The translations under genes were made by a program, and so were the position numbers. The notes beneath the pieces were generated by a model that had not been told where the DNA came from, did no database searches, and saw only the letters and a program-made list of their open reading frames with translations. DNA of 64,000 nucleotides from a virus: IMG/VR virus record IMGVR_UViG_3300009550_000010, positions 12,906 to 76,905 of that record, one strand, 5' to 3'. Shown here piece by piece: positions 16,674 through 25,602 of the stretch; position 1 is the stretch's first letter, and each line of letters starts with the position of its first letter.

Positions 16674-18788
16674 TTAGCACTTCCACTTTCTCAACGCCAA
16701 TGCTTTACGTGTAGGTTTACCGTTAGGTTTCTTCATAGGTCCTTTCATTCCACCCATGCGAGCACAAAAAGACTTCCTTCTTTTCGCTGCCTTACCACCT
16801 GCTTTTACCTTGCCTGTGACAGGTGCCTTGAGGTCTGAGCCAGGATTCTGTGCCTCGTAAGACTTTCTTCCTTTCTCATTCAGTCCACCCTTAGAGTTCT
16901 TTCCAGATTTCTTCTGCCATGCAGCAGATCCTTCTAGCATCTGACCCTCTGGTTTGTAAGAGTTTTGCCAGTGTGATGGGTCACCACCAGAGTTTCTTAT
17001 CTTCTGTAGGTGCTGATCCTTTGTTATGTTTGGTTTCATTACAGGACCTGTGAAGATTTTCTTGAGACCTGACTTCAGTTTACTTCCTACCTTTTTCAAG
17101 TCTAATTCAGATATCACCTCACCTTTGGATGCATACTGATCCTCTAGTTCTTTAGGCACGAATTCAGATACCTTTGCTTGATACTCTCTTCTTTTAAGCA
17201 GTCTTCTACCTCTGGCACCTGCATCCATTGCCTTCTTAGGCTTTTTTTCAGTTTCTACTGCCTCACCCATGTTCAACTTCTTCAGGTAATTCATTCTACC
17301 CTTTTCACCAGGTAACTTGAATTTTTTAGGGTTCACTTTCTTAGATCCATCTGCATTGAACTGACTATTAGAACCGCCAGGTACATGTAATGGTGATAGT
17401 TTAGAACCGTCATTAGTTACAGAGACCTGCTCATTTTTTGGTCTGCAGTCAGGAACTAACTTACCACCCTTCATCTTCATACCAACTTTCTTATGAGTCT
17501 TCCAGCACTCGTCCATGAAGTCAGAGAAACTCTTGTTACTATAAGACTCCTTCTTACTATTACCGTAGTTAGCAGCACCCTTCTTACGACACTGAACTAA
17601 TCTACCAGAGGCATAGGCAGACGGCCAAACATCACTAGCTGCTTTTACTTTTTTGTAACAAGCATCTTTTTTACCACTACCTTTACCCTTCTTATCTTTC
17701 CTCTTCTTACCTTTTCCCTCTACTACTACCTCTTCCTTTGATAACTTATCACTTGCCTTCATCACCCCATCTTGTCTCTTCTTAGTCTTTTTATAGTCAC
17801 CTTTAATAGCACTTGTTGCCATCTGTGTGGATGCTTTCTTTATATAACTTCCATATGTGCTCTTCTTGAGTTCAGTTACTACCTCAGTTTCTTCCTTCTT
17901 AGTTTTGACTTTCAGATCCTCTTTACGCTTGAGATCAGCTTCTCTCTTTGCCATCTCTTTGTACTTGTTAGTAGAAAAACTTTCTTTCATTTTCTTTTTA
18001 GGTTTGTCAGTTGAAACATAAGTTGGTTTTGCAGCACCAGACTTCTGTTGTTGGTTAGGATCTGCGGCTTTCTTCCTTCTTGATGCAGACTCACGTTCTG
18101 CCTTAGACATGCTTGCACGTTTGGAAGATGATACACACTTAGGTGTACCCTCGCCTGGTTCATCACTTGCACAGGTTCCACCAGTCTTTACATTGACCCA
18201 GCCACCTTTACCGTCTTTGGATTTTGATCCCTTGAACCATTGATGAAGATTACCTTCACCCATATTTAGTTTATATTGACTTATAGCGTTGCCTACATTG
18301 GTGCTTACTGATGTTTTAGGTGGTGTATTCTTATTAAAAGTTTTCTTGACACCAGCTACAAGTCCATCACTTTTGATATTATCGAAAGTTTTCTTTGCTG
18401 TCTTTACATTATTGATAGTATTTCTTACAGATCTACCACCAATACTAGCATCAACTCCTTGACCTGACTTGTATGTCAGCATCACATTTTCTTTTTTCAC
18501 TAGGTATCCATCCTTTTCCACTTTCATTCCTTTAGGTATGGGTTTGCATTTTTGGTCATCATTGCAATAGTATTCACCTTTACCACAAGTTTCTTCCTTA
18601 GTTATTTTTTTCTCAGGTAGACCCTTGTGTTTGGTAGATGCAAATTTCTTCACATCCTTTTTCTTCATGCTGGCAGCAGCTCTTTGAACCTGTGGCGACG
18701 CTTCGCCTTTGAGAGTACCTTTTTGAGACGCTCTAACAATCCCAAAGAACCTTTGCTGTTTTTTGCTGAGTGCTTTTTCATGTAACAT
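16674..18788 (-). CDS. Lys-rich multi-module protein, probable protease-processed internal head polyprotein
   Basis: Cys-containing basic modules separated by hydrophobic-x-E sites (MLHE, NMGE twice, VVVE, FMDE, VISE, QMLE). Confidence 0.75.
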   Translation of the reverse strand: MLHEKALSKKQQRFFGIVRASQKGTLKGEASPQVQRAAASMKKKDVKKFASTKHKGLPEKKITKEETCGKGEYYCNDDQKCKPIPKGMKVEKDGYLVKKENVMLTYKSGQGVDASIGGRSVRNTINNVKTAKKTFDNIKSDGLVAGVKKTFNKNTPPKTSVSTNVGNAISQYKLNMGEGNLHQWFKGSKSKDGKGGWVNVKTGGTCASDEPGEGTPKCVSSSKRASMSKAERESASRRKKAADPNQQQKSGAAKPTYVSTDKPKKKMKESFSTNKYKEMAKREADLKRKEDLKVKTKKEETEVVTELKKSTYGSYIKKASTQMATSAIKGDYKKTKKRQDGVMKASDKLSKEEVVVEGKGKKRKDKKGKGSGKKDACYKKVKAASDVWPSAYASGRLVQCRKKGAANYGNSKKESYSNKSFSDFMDECWKTHKKVGMKMKGGKLVPDCRPKNEQVSVTNDGSKLSPLHVPGGSNSQFNADGSKKVNPKKFKLPGEKGRMNYLKKLNMGEAVETEKKPKKAMDAGARGRRLLKRREYQAKVSEFVPKELEDQYASKGEVISELDLKKVGSKLKSGLKKIFTGPVMKPNITKDQHLQKIRNSGGDPSHWQNSYKPEGQMLEGSAAWQKKSGKNSKGGLNEKGRKSYEAQNPGSDLKAPVTGKVKAGGKAAKRRKSFCARMGGMKGPMKKPNGKPTRKALALRKWKC

Positions 18789-18790
18789 AT

Positions 18791-19309
18791 TTATGTTCCT
18801 CTAGTATCCATCATGGCATCATTCTTAGTTCTCTCACTTTCTCTTTTATTTGCCACTCTTGTTTTATAATCCAATCCCTTTCTATCACCAGGTTGAACTC
18901 TTCCCTTCTCACCTCTACTCTTCTTACGTTGACCCTCTGGTTTACCAGTCTCTTTACGGATCTTAGTTCTAACAAAGTTAAGTGCTTTATCTTTACTACC
19001 ACCTTTCTTTACAGGACTACCTTTTGGTTTATTCATTGAACCAGTTGCCTTACCAGTCTCTTTACCATAGCGATTCATCTCCATAGTCATCGCTAAACCT
19101 TTCTTATTATCTTGCCTCAAAATTTGCTTCAACTTTTGGAAGTCTCTATTATTACTAGGATCTAAATTTTTATGTTTATCTAAGAAACCTGGAGGAAAAA
19201 TTCTTTTCTCATCAATCATCTCACCTTCAGGTTCATATGACTGTGCCATTGCACCATAGTTCACCTTAGTGGTCTTACCATCACTAATTTTTTTATCACC
19301 AACCTTCAA
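18791..19309 (-). CDS. Lys-rich probable internal head protein (may be fused to the upstream ORF by slippage)
   Basis: TTG start; frame open 22 codons further upstream to the A11 tract; YEPEGEMIDE motif. Confidence 0.7.
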   Translation of the reverse strand: MKVGDKKISDGKTTKVNYGAMAQSYEPEGEMIDEKRIFPPGFLDKHKNLDPSNNRDFQKLKQILRQDNKKGLAMTMEMNRYGKETGKATGSMNKPKGSPVKKGGSKDKALNFVRTKIRKETGKPEGQRKKSRGEKGRVQPGDRKGLDYKTRVANKRESERTKNDAMMDTRGT

Positions 19310-19371
19310 GGTAGGTAATCCTGTAAGAGGATTACGACCTTTGTTGGGGTTTATGAATACGTCTCGCTCAG

Positions 19372-20151
19372 TTAATTTTTTTTTTTCTCTTCCTTTAGAC
19401 CGTCATCTGGATTGATTTCTACCTTATTCTTGACTCCCTTCTCCTGTATATCTAACTTAGGTCTCTTTACTGCTTCCTCTACTTCATCTCCCCATACAAA
19501 ATCTTCTCTCCAATTAGACTTGGTTGGTTCATATTCATTTGCAAGTTTGATTCTCATTCCACCAGCAGGTTTCAACTTATATTTCAATTGCCCAGCTGAA
19601 TTTTTTGCACCAGACATAAAGTCTTTACCTGCCTTGGTACCATAATTGACATCATGTGCAGTAATAGATGCTGATTCAGGCACTGATGCTGGTGTTCCAT
19701 CTTCATGCTCTATAACCTTACCGTTCTCGTCTTTAGTATGATGCTCTTTTGCCATCTTCTTCTTAGTCTTAGCAAAAACTCTATCTTTTGCCTCGCTTGA
19801 TGCTTTGTTAGGACCATCATATGCCATAGCACCCTTTTGCATACGAGGTGCATCTTCCTTCTCTTCCTTCTTGAACTGAGGATGATTCGGTAACTTCATT
19901 CCTCTTTTCTTTTCTAATTTTTTCTTCTTCTCTGCTGATTCTTTACCTGTATTGTCAGAGTATGTGTTGTCATATGAACCTTCTTTCACAGACTTACCCA
20001 TCGCCTTCTTGATGGCTTTGTCCTTAGATCCCATATACTCATCAGTGCCAGATTCTATCTTACCATCACCATCATAGTCCTTCTTTGCTTTTTTCTCTTG
20101 CAAATAAGGTGCTCTGAGATCTCTATAAATGTCTGACCAAGGATTACTCAT
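19372..20151 (-). CDS. Lys/Glu-rich probable internal head protein
   Basis: YLQE|KKAKKDYDGDGKIESG motif; late promoter upstream. Confidence 0.75.
   Translation of the reverse strand: MSNPWSDIYRDLRAPYLQEKKAKKDYDGDGKIESGTDEYMGSKDKAIKKAMGKSVKEGSYDNTYSDNTGKESAEKKKKLEKKRGMKLPNHPQFKKEEKEDAPRMQKGAMAYDGPNKASSEAKDRVFAKTKKKMAKEHHTKDENGKVIEHEDGTPASVPESASITAHDVNYGTKAGKDFMSGAKNSAGQLKYKLKPAGGMRIKLANEYEPTKSNWREDFVWGDEVEEAVKRPKLDIQEKGVKNKVEINPDDGLKEEKKKN
19376..19386 (-). repeat. A11 homopolymer (T11 on plus strand) at an ORF junction
   Basis: Counted directly in the sequence. Confidence 0.9.
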
Positions 20152-20175
20152 GTCTCTAACTGTCTTTACGTATTC

Positions 20176-20183
20176 TATTTAGT
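20176..20183 (-). promoter_or_regulatory. T4-type late promoter
   Basis: ACTAAATA upstream of ATG 20151. Confidence 0.7.
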
Positions 20184-20186
20184 AGA

Positions 20187-21077
20187 TTAGAACTCAATAG
20201 GTAGATCAAACTTACTTACTTCTGTTGCTTCTGATATCCATGCTCTAAAAATTTGTTTCTGTTCATCTATACAGATCAAATGATTAGCACCTCTTCTTAT
20301 TATCTCTCCCGTATGTCCATGACACTCAACTACAGTTCCCTGCTTGAATATATCACCTGCCAAATATTGTTCCCTGACTGATCTCTCATCCACAGGTATT
20401 ACATTTAACATACTGAACTTATAAAGACTTCCATTCTGTTCGTATGCTAGTTTAGATATCGCAGCTGCTCTAGATCTTCTTACAACAATGTTAACTGCAT
20501 CATATCCGTTTTCGTACAATGACTGCAAGACATCGTATATTGTTTCTGCATTTTTATCATCAATAATTGACTCACTTATATCAGGATATGTTGCCTTTAA
20601 TCCTTCAATATCACTATCTCTACTAGGGAAGATGTAATAAAATCTTTCTTGTGCTATCTCTCCTACAGTTGTAAGTACATTTGATGTTACTTCTTCATCG
20701 TCAAATTTATCAAAAGCAATAGTCAATGGTGCTTTGGGTTGTGGTGCTTGTGTGGTTGTACCTGACCCTGATGGTGCTTCTGGTTGTCTTTCTCTTGTTT
20801 GAGTATTGAGTTGTGATCCTCTTCTAGTATTGAGGAATGCAGTAGGTGACTGAGCTGCTCTACTTATATCTCTATATGGTTCTGTCTTCTCTTTATCCTC
20901 ATCTTCTTTTCCACCACCACCAAAAAATTTTAGTTCACCTGAAACAGTTTTTGCTTTTAGATTTCCTTGCTGATCGTACCAGTCACCGTGCCCGTCTCCG
21001 ACTAAGCCCAATCTTTTTGCTTGTTGGGATGCCTTGGTTGTACGTGCTTCGGTTATGAATGTCAGAAAATGCTTCAC
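20187..21077 (-). CDS. Degenerate cytidylyltransferase-like protein with capsid-targeting-like N-terminus
   Basis: GTG 21077 gives MKHFLTFITE|A; LTIAFDKF aligns to the TIAFGRFNPPTxGH region but lacks the HIGH-like His. Confidence 0.65.
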   Translation of the reverse strand: MKHFLTFITEARTTKASQQAKRLGLVGDGHGDWYDQQGNLKAKTVSGELKFFGGGGKEDEDKEKTEPYRDISRAAQSPTAFLNTRRGSQLNTQTRERQPEAPSGSGTTTQAPQPKAPLTIAFDKFDDEEVTSNVLTTVGEIAQERFYYIFPSRDSDIEGLKATYPDISESIIDDKNAETIYDVLQSLYENGYDAVNIVVRRSRAAAISKLAYEQNGSLYKFSMLNVIPVDERSVREQYLAGDIFKQGTVVECHGHTGEIIRRGANHLICIDEQKQIFRAWISEATEVSKFDLPIEF

Positions 21078-21291
21078 GGATTTGTTTGTAAATCGAATCG
21101 TCAAAAGCCTTGATGTACATCATCAAGTCTGTTTGTATTTGATTATATTTAGGATGGTTCTCAGTAGAAGCAAAAATAAAACGTAGAAAATCCTGTATCT
21201 CTTTCTTTTTTAGGGTTTTTCTTTTAGGTTTTACCGTATATAATCTGATAAATTGAGTGACCAATTCATCCATGTCAGGATTTTTTTTCAT
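20983..21291 (-). CDS. Hypothetical protein
   Basis: 102-aa ORF coupled to the upstream stop; 3' end overlaps the next gene. Confidence 0.5.
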   Translation of the reverse strand: MKKNPDMDELVTQFIRLYTVKPKRKTLKKKEIQDFLRFIFASTENHPKYNQIQTDLMMYIKAFDDSIYKQIREAFSDIHNRSTYNQGIPTSKKIGLSRRRAR

Positions 21292-22184
21292 AGTAGTGCT
21301 AGTAGTAGTTTAAGATCACTTGGTGCGTTTGCACACATCATAGCATCTTCTTGCAATTCTTCTGCAAAAAATGTGTCATTTAGATTGATTGGTGATGAAG
21401 TTATCCCTGCATCTGTATCTATCTTCATAGATGCATTGTAGGTAAGACTATTTGCACCCGATTGTTTAAGTCTAACTCTAACCACCATACCTTTTACTGC
21501 TGTAAGAAAATTTTTCACCCCAAATTCTTTTGCTAATCCAGCAGGGTCAGTTCCAAAATGATAAAGACCATGAGAAGCTATGTTAATATAAGGGCATTGT
21601 TTTGAAAGATAGTACTTTGCACACAAATTTACAAAAGCATTACTCTTATATTCAAATGATCTAAATCTACTTTTATCTTCCTGTCTTTTCGCCTCCGAAA
21701 CATTAGTTGAAAATACACCTGCTCTTATATTAGGCACTCCTTTTGGATTCCATCTATTTCTTATGACTTGTTCCACACCTGCTGCTTTCAATAATGCCCT
21801 TTTCTCCATGGCTACACTACCCATACCCCCATGTAGCACCCAACTTCCATCATATCTCACACCACTCTGACCATAATCATCAGTGTCACTTAGTTTTAGT
21901 TCTACACCCACTTTCATCCCTTGTCCACCAGTAGTGCTATTCATAGGAATGATTGAATTATAATTTCTAATAAAAAATTCAAAGTCTTTTCCATGACCAC
22001 CTGCTGTTGGTGGTGCAAAACCTGCAGGTACTAATTTTAGTTCTTTATATTGTGTGTATATGAGTCTTTCATATACAAGACCTGCCATGATATCTCCAGA
22101 TTTTGTAAAGTAATTTGGATTACCAAAGTAATCTGCTTCCTCATTTGTTAAATCTTGATCATCTATGTCTGTATAGATTGCCAT
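21288..22184 (-). CDS. Putative PD-(D/E)xK (restriction-like) endonuclease
   Basis: GLVYE helix, GKDFEF and VGVELK in E..D..ExK spacing. Confidence 0.5.
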   Translation of the reverse strand: MAIYTDIDDQDLTNEEADYFGNPNYFTKSGDIMAGLVYERLIYTQYKELKLVPAGFAPPTAGGHGKDFEFFIRNYNSIIPMNSTTGGQGMKVGVELKLSDTDDYGQSGVRYDGSWVLHGGMGSVAMEKRALLKAAGVEQVIRNRWNPKGVPNIRAGVFSTNVSEAKRQEDKSRFRSFEYKSNAFVNLCAKYYLSKQCPYINIASHGLYHFGTDPAGLAKEFGVKNFLTAVKGMVVRVRLKQSGANSLTYNASMKIDTDAGITSSPINLNDTFFAEELQEDAMMCANAPSDLKLLLALL

Positions 22185-22203
22185 ATTACCCTCTGTATGA
22201 GGG

Positions 22204-22211
22204 TATTTATT
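22204..22211 (-). promoter_or_regulatory. T4-type late promoter
   Basis: AATAAATA upstream of ATG 22184. Confidence 0.65.
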
Positions 22212-22615
22212 TACAGGTCGCCTTCTTGTCTATTCTCTGAGTAGTATTCCGAAAAGTGTCCGTCTGGAAATCTCTTTGATAACTTATCAATATTCATATC
22301 TGTTATCTCATCGAGACTTATATCTAATGCCATACATGCTTGAGCAACATACCATAACACATCACCCAGTTCTATCTTGAGGTGTCTAATATTATCTGCA
22401 TTGTATGGTTTGCCTTGGAAGATCATCTTCTTGACAATTTCTAAGAACTCACCACCCTCTGCCGACATACCTACAGCAGCAGTAAGAAGACGATGTATAT
22501 CTGAACTCTCCTCTAAGTCTCTGATACGATTTACAAATGCTACACCATTTTTAGATTCATCACTTGTTACTTGGTTTACAAACTTTACGTACTTACTATC
22601 AAAATTTGAAGTCAT
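22211..22615 (-). CDS. mazG: MazG-like nucleotide pyrophosphohydrolase
   Basis: LTAAVGMSAEGGEFLEIVKK, ELGDVLWY, NIDKLSKRFP; start moved to ATG 22615. Confidence 0.92.
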   Translation of the reverse strand: MTSNFDSKYVKFVNQVTSDESKNGVAFVNRIRDLEESSDIHRLLTAAVGMSAEGGEFLEIVKKMIFQGKPYNADNIRHLKIELGDVLWYVAQACMALDISLDEITDMNIDKLSKRFPDGHFSEYYSENRQEGDL

Positions 22616-23978
22616 CGAATTTCGCTTTGGATTCCTTTTCATTATACTCTGCTGTATCATTTTCGTCAATCATTATGTCTGATTGTGCATCTTGTTCACA
22701 ATCATATAGTCTCATCTTTGCTCTGTCAATACCAACCACAAACCTCCTGTTCATAGTAGGATCGTTGTACCTGTTCTTCAATTGCTTGACCATTATTTGA
22801 TTAAGACCTTCCAAATCCTCCGTGCTAATAAGAGCGAACATAAGATCAGCAGTAGCAGGGAGTCCGAAGGACTCAGAGGTATCAGTAAGATCAGGATCAC
22901 TACTAGCAAACCCAGACCTAGTAGTCTGCGTTGCGGAAAATAGTGGGATTGAAGCTTCTACTGCCAATCCTCTGAGTTCTTCTGCAATGCTTTTGACATA
23001 TGTGTATGAGTTGATGTTTACTGAACCTCTATAACGTGATGAGGCACAGATGTTTAGATAATCTATGAATATTATATCAGGTTCAAATGATTTCTTCAAC
23101 TTGAGTTCTTGTAACAAAGCACGGAAGTGACCTGCATGTGCTGATGCAGTTGGATATTCTTTTACAATCAGTTTACCTTGTGTTTTTGCAGCAAGTTTGT
23201 CTATCTTCTTAGAGAATGTAGCATGTGGTAGATCCTGTATGTCTTTGATATTTGTATTGAGTAAGTTTGCATCTATTCTCTCTGCAATCTTTTCCTCTGC
23301 CATCTCAAGAGTAATGTATAGTACATTTTTACCCTGTGTAAGACAAGAACTGGCAACATGACACATGAATAGAGACTTACCAACACCAGTGCCAGCAAGA
23401 GCAATGTTGAGAGTTTTATCAGAGAGTCCACCTGATGTAATCTTGTTGAAATATTCAAGATCAAATGGTGTTTTGTTTTCAATTTTGTGGTAATAGGCAA
23501 AACGATCCTCGGCATCATCAATGTAATCGTGACCAACGTGTTGATCAAATCCTACTGCTAGTGCATCAGATAATATACTAGGAATAGCATCTGGTTTTTT
23601 ATCTTCATCTTGTCCATCAGCAATCTTGATACTCTCCATCAAGGCATTGTATATTGCTCTTTCTTTACACCATGCTTCAGTGGTATCTAAGACCCATTCT
23701 TTTCTATACTCTGCAACATCAAGAGCATCTATCAACTGTGCTATAGATGTAAATTGATCTTGACTTAAATCAGTTCTTTTCTCTGCTTCAATATGAAGTA
23801 TCTCTTTTGTAGGAAGACTATCATATTCTTTTAGGAATGATGATATCTCTTCAAAGATAGTTTTATCTGATACATCATCGAAATAATCGGGTTCAATGAA
23901 CGGTAAAACTTTTCTTGTGTATTCTTCATCATGTAGAAGATTCTTTAGAATCGTAAGAGGAACTCTTTCACTCACCAT
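22599..23978 (-). CDS. gp41: Replicative DNA helicase (T4 gp41)
   Basis: Walker A LAGTGVGKS, IFIDYLNIC, ATQTTRSG, KQLKNRY. Confidence 0.96.
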   Translation of the reverse strand: MVSERVPLTILKNLLHDEEYTRKVLPFIEPDYFDDVSDKTIFEEISSFLKEYDSLPTKEILHIEAEKRTDLSQDQFTSIAQLIDALDVAEYRKEWVLDTTEAWCKERAIYNALMESIKIADGQDEDKKPDAIPSILSDALAVGFDQHVGHDYIDDAEDRFAYYHKIENKTPFDLEYFNKITSGGLSDKTLNIALAGTGVGKSLFMCHVASSCLTQGKNVLYITLEMAEEKIAERIDANLLNTNIKDIQDLPHATFSKKIDKLAAKTQGKLIVKEYPTASAHAGHFRALLQELKLKKSFEPDIIFIDYLNICASSRYRGSVNINSYTYVKSIAEELRGLAVEASIPLFSATQTTRSGFASSDPDLTDTSESFGLPATADLMFALISTEDLEGLNQIMVKQLKNRYNDPTMNRRFVVGIDRAKMRLYDCEQDAQSDIMIDENDTAEYNEKESKAKFDDFKF

Positions 23979-24972
23979 AACTAAACTCTTTCTTAGATGC
24001 CTCGTCTAATGCTTGCATAATTTCATCATCAAAATATTTTTCTGGGTTAGAGTATACTTCTTTAGCATATACCTTCTTGCCTTTGATTTCATATCTGTTG
24101 CCAACCCTCTTGGCAATTTCATACTTCTCAGCAAGATCTAAAAGACCAAAGTACTTGTCAAGACCACGTTCATCATAGAACAATCTTATCTTGACATCTT
24201 TGTTCTCTTTACTCAACCTCGATTTGACAGTCTTTGCCTTGATAATATTTCCAACGACTTCCGTTCCATCTTTTTCTTTTCCCTTGCTGAGATAAATGAT
24301 TGTACTCGCTGCATATTTGAGTCCCGAACCCCCTCCCATTTCTTTAGTTGGTACATAAGCTCCGATGACATCGTACGTATGGTTTGTGACAATAAGTGGG
24401 ACATTTGCTTGACCTAATTTGAGTGTTAACATTCTAAATGCACCTTTGACAAGTTGGGATTTTGTCATGTCTCTGACATTCTTGTCTTCTAGTGCATCCT
24501 TGATTTCTTTCTCTGTTGAAAGCATACCTAGTGAGTCTAATACAAACAAACAAGGTGTGCGTTCTTCTGTTGGTTTATCTAGATATATGTCTAACGCTTT
24601 GAGTGCCTTGTTACGGAACTCTTCTACAGTAACAACTTCGATATGTCCAACTCTTTTTGTGTCTATGTTCCTAGATTCAAGTAGTTCTCTATTGACAGCA
24701 CTTTCAGTATCGAAATACAGAACATAACCATTAGGATTATTGTCCAGAAAATTCTTGACAACTGCGAGGGAGAAGAAAGTTTTACCAGTTGACGTTTCAC
24801 CAGCAATAGCAGTAATACGACTGCTAGAAACACCGCCAAAAATAGACCCACTAACGAGTCCATTAAAAACATAAGATCCAGTGTCGATATATGTCTCAGT
24901 ACTTTCTTTATCGGATGCAATTTTTGCATAGTCCGAACCTATCTCCTTTACTATTTCGTTGAGTAAATCCAT
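23968..24972 (-). CDS. uvsX: RecA-like recombinase UvsX
   Basis: IAGETSTGKT, VLDSLGML, MGGGSGLKYAAS. Confidence 0.95.
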   Translation of the reverse strand: MDLLNEIVKEIGSDYAKIASDKESTETYIDTGSYVFNGLVSGSIFGGVSSSRITAIAGETSTGKTFFSLAVVKNFLDNNPNGYVLYFDTESAVNRELLESRNIDTKRVGHIEVVTVEEFRNKALKALDIYLDKPTEERTPCLFVLDSLGMLSTEKEIKDALEDKNVRDMTKSQLVKGAFRMLTLKLGQANVPLIVTNHTYDVIGAYVPTKEMGGGSGLKYAASTIIYLSKGKEKDGTEVVGNIIKAKTVKSRLSKENKDVKIRLFYDERGLDKYFGLLDLAEKYEIAKRVGNRYEIKGKKVYAKEVYSNPEKYFDDEIMQALDEASKKEFSYGE

Positions 24973-24973
24973 T

Positions 24974-25432
24974 TCAAATACCTAATAATTTACGTTGGCG
25001 TTCAAAGTAACCGTGTAGTATCCAAGAACTACTGTTCATTTTGTCGGTGCCACCGATACCCCATTCAAATACAATTCTATCATTTGATTGAAATTTGTCA
25101 AGTTCTGGTGTGTTTCCCTTGCCACGGTCACCACCATTACAAAATATCACCTTGTTTGATATCTCAAGACATTTGGTTATAGCACCACAGGCAGAGTCAT
25201 CTGCATCATCCCATGATATTACAGCATCAACCATGTTGAGATGTCTAATAATATCAGCACGTTCAGTCCAAGACTGAAAGTATTGACCTTTCTTTCTTTT
25301 CAACCATGGGTCACCATTCAATCCTACTACAAGATAGTTTGATAGATCCTTTGCTCGTTCAAAATAACGAATGTGTCCACTGTGAATGGGATCGAACCCA
25401 CCTGTGACAAGACTCACTTTATCAAAAAACAT
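24974..25432 (-). CDS. Cytidylyltransferase, RfaE/TagD-like HIGH family
   Basis: VTGGFDPIHSGHI, VVGLNGD, FCNGGDR, KMNSSSWIL. Confidence 0.88.
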   Translation of the reverse strand: MFFDKVSLVTGGFDPIHSGHIRYFERAKDLSNYLVVGLNGDPWLKRKKGQYFQSWTERADIIRHLNMVDAVISWDDADDSACGAITKCLEISNKVIFCNGGDRGKGNTPELDKFQSNDRIVFEWGIGGTDKMNSSSWILHGYFERQRKLLGI

Positions 25433-25602
25433 TAGATTACCATACCATACTGTTCTCTTAGAATTTTTTTATAAGGACCGTCAGGATATTGCTCTCTTAT
25501 TTCTTTGACAAGTTTAAGTCTTTGAAACAGTGATGTATCTCCACCTAAGTGAAGTGATCTCACAATAGTTGCAAGGTCTTTGTCATTGATTGGTAAATCC
25601 AT
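25432..25602 (-). CDS. 56-aa hypothetical protein (not in ORF track)
   Basis: MDLPINDKDLATIVRSLHLGGDTSLFQRLKLVKE...; fills the gap with TAATG coupling. Confidence 0.65.
   Translation of the reverse strand: MDLPINDKDLATIVRSLHLGGDTSLFQRLKLVKEIREQYPDGPYKKILREQYGMVI

Noticed and set aside
18786-18795. TAAATA at the start of the 704-aa gene
   Set aside because: Overlaps the ATG itself and leaves no leader; likely chance stop/start junction sequence
19315-19335. 8-bp hairpin as an intrinsic terminator
   Set aside because: No U-tract on either strand, and it lies in a frame that looks coding
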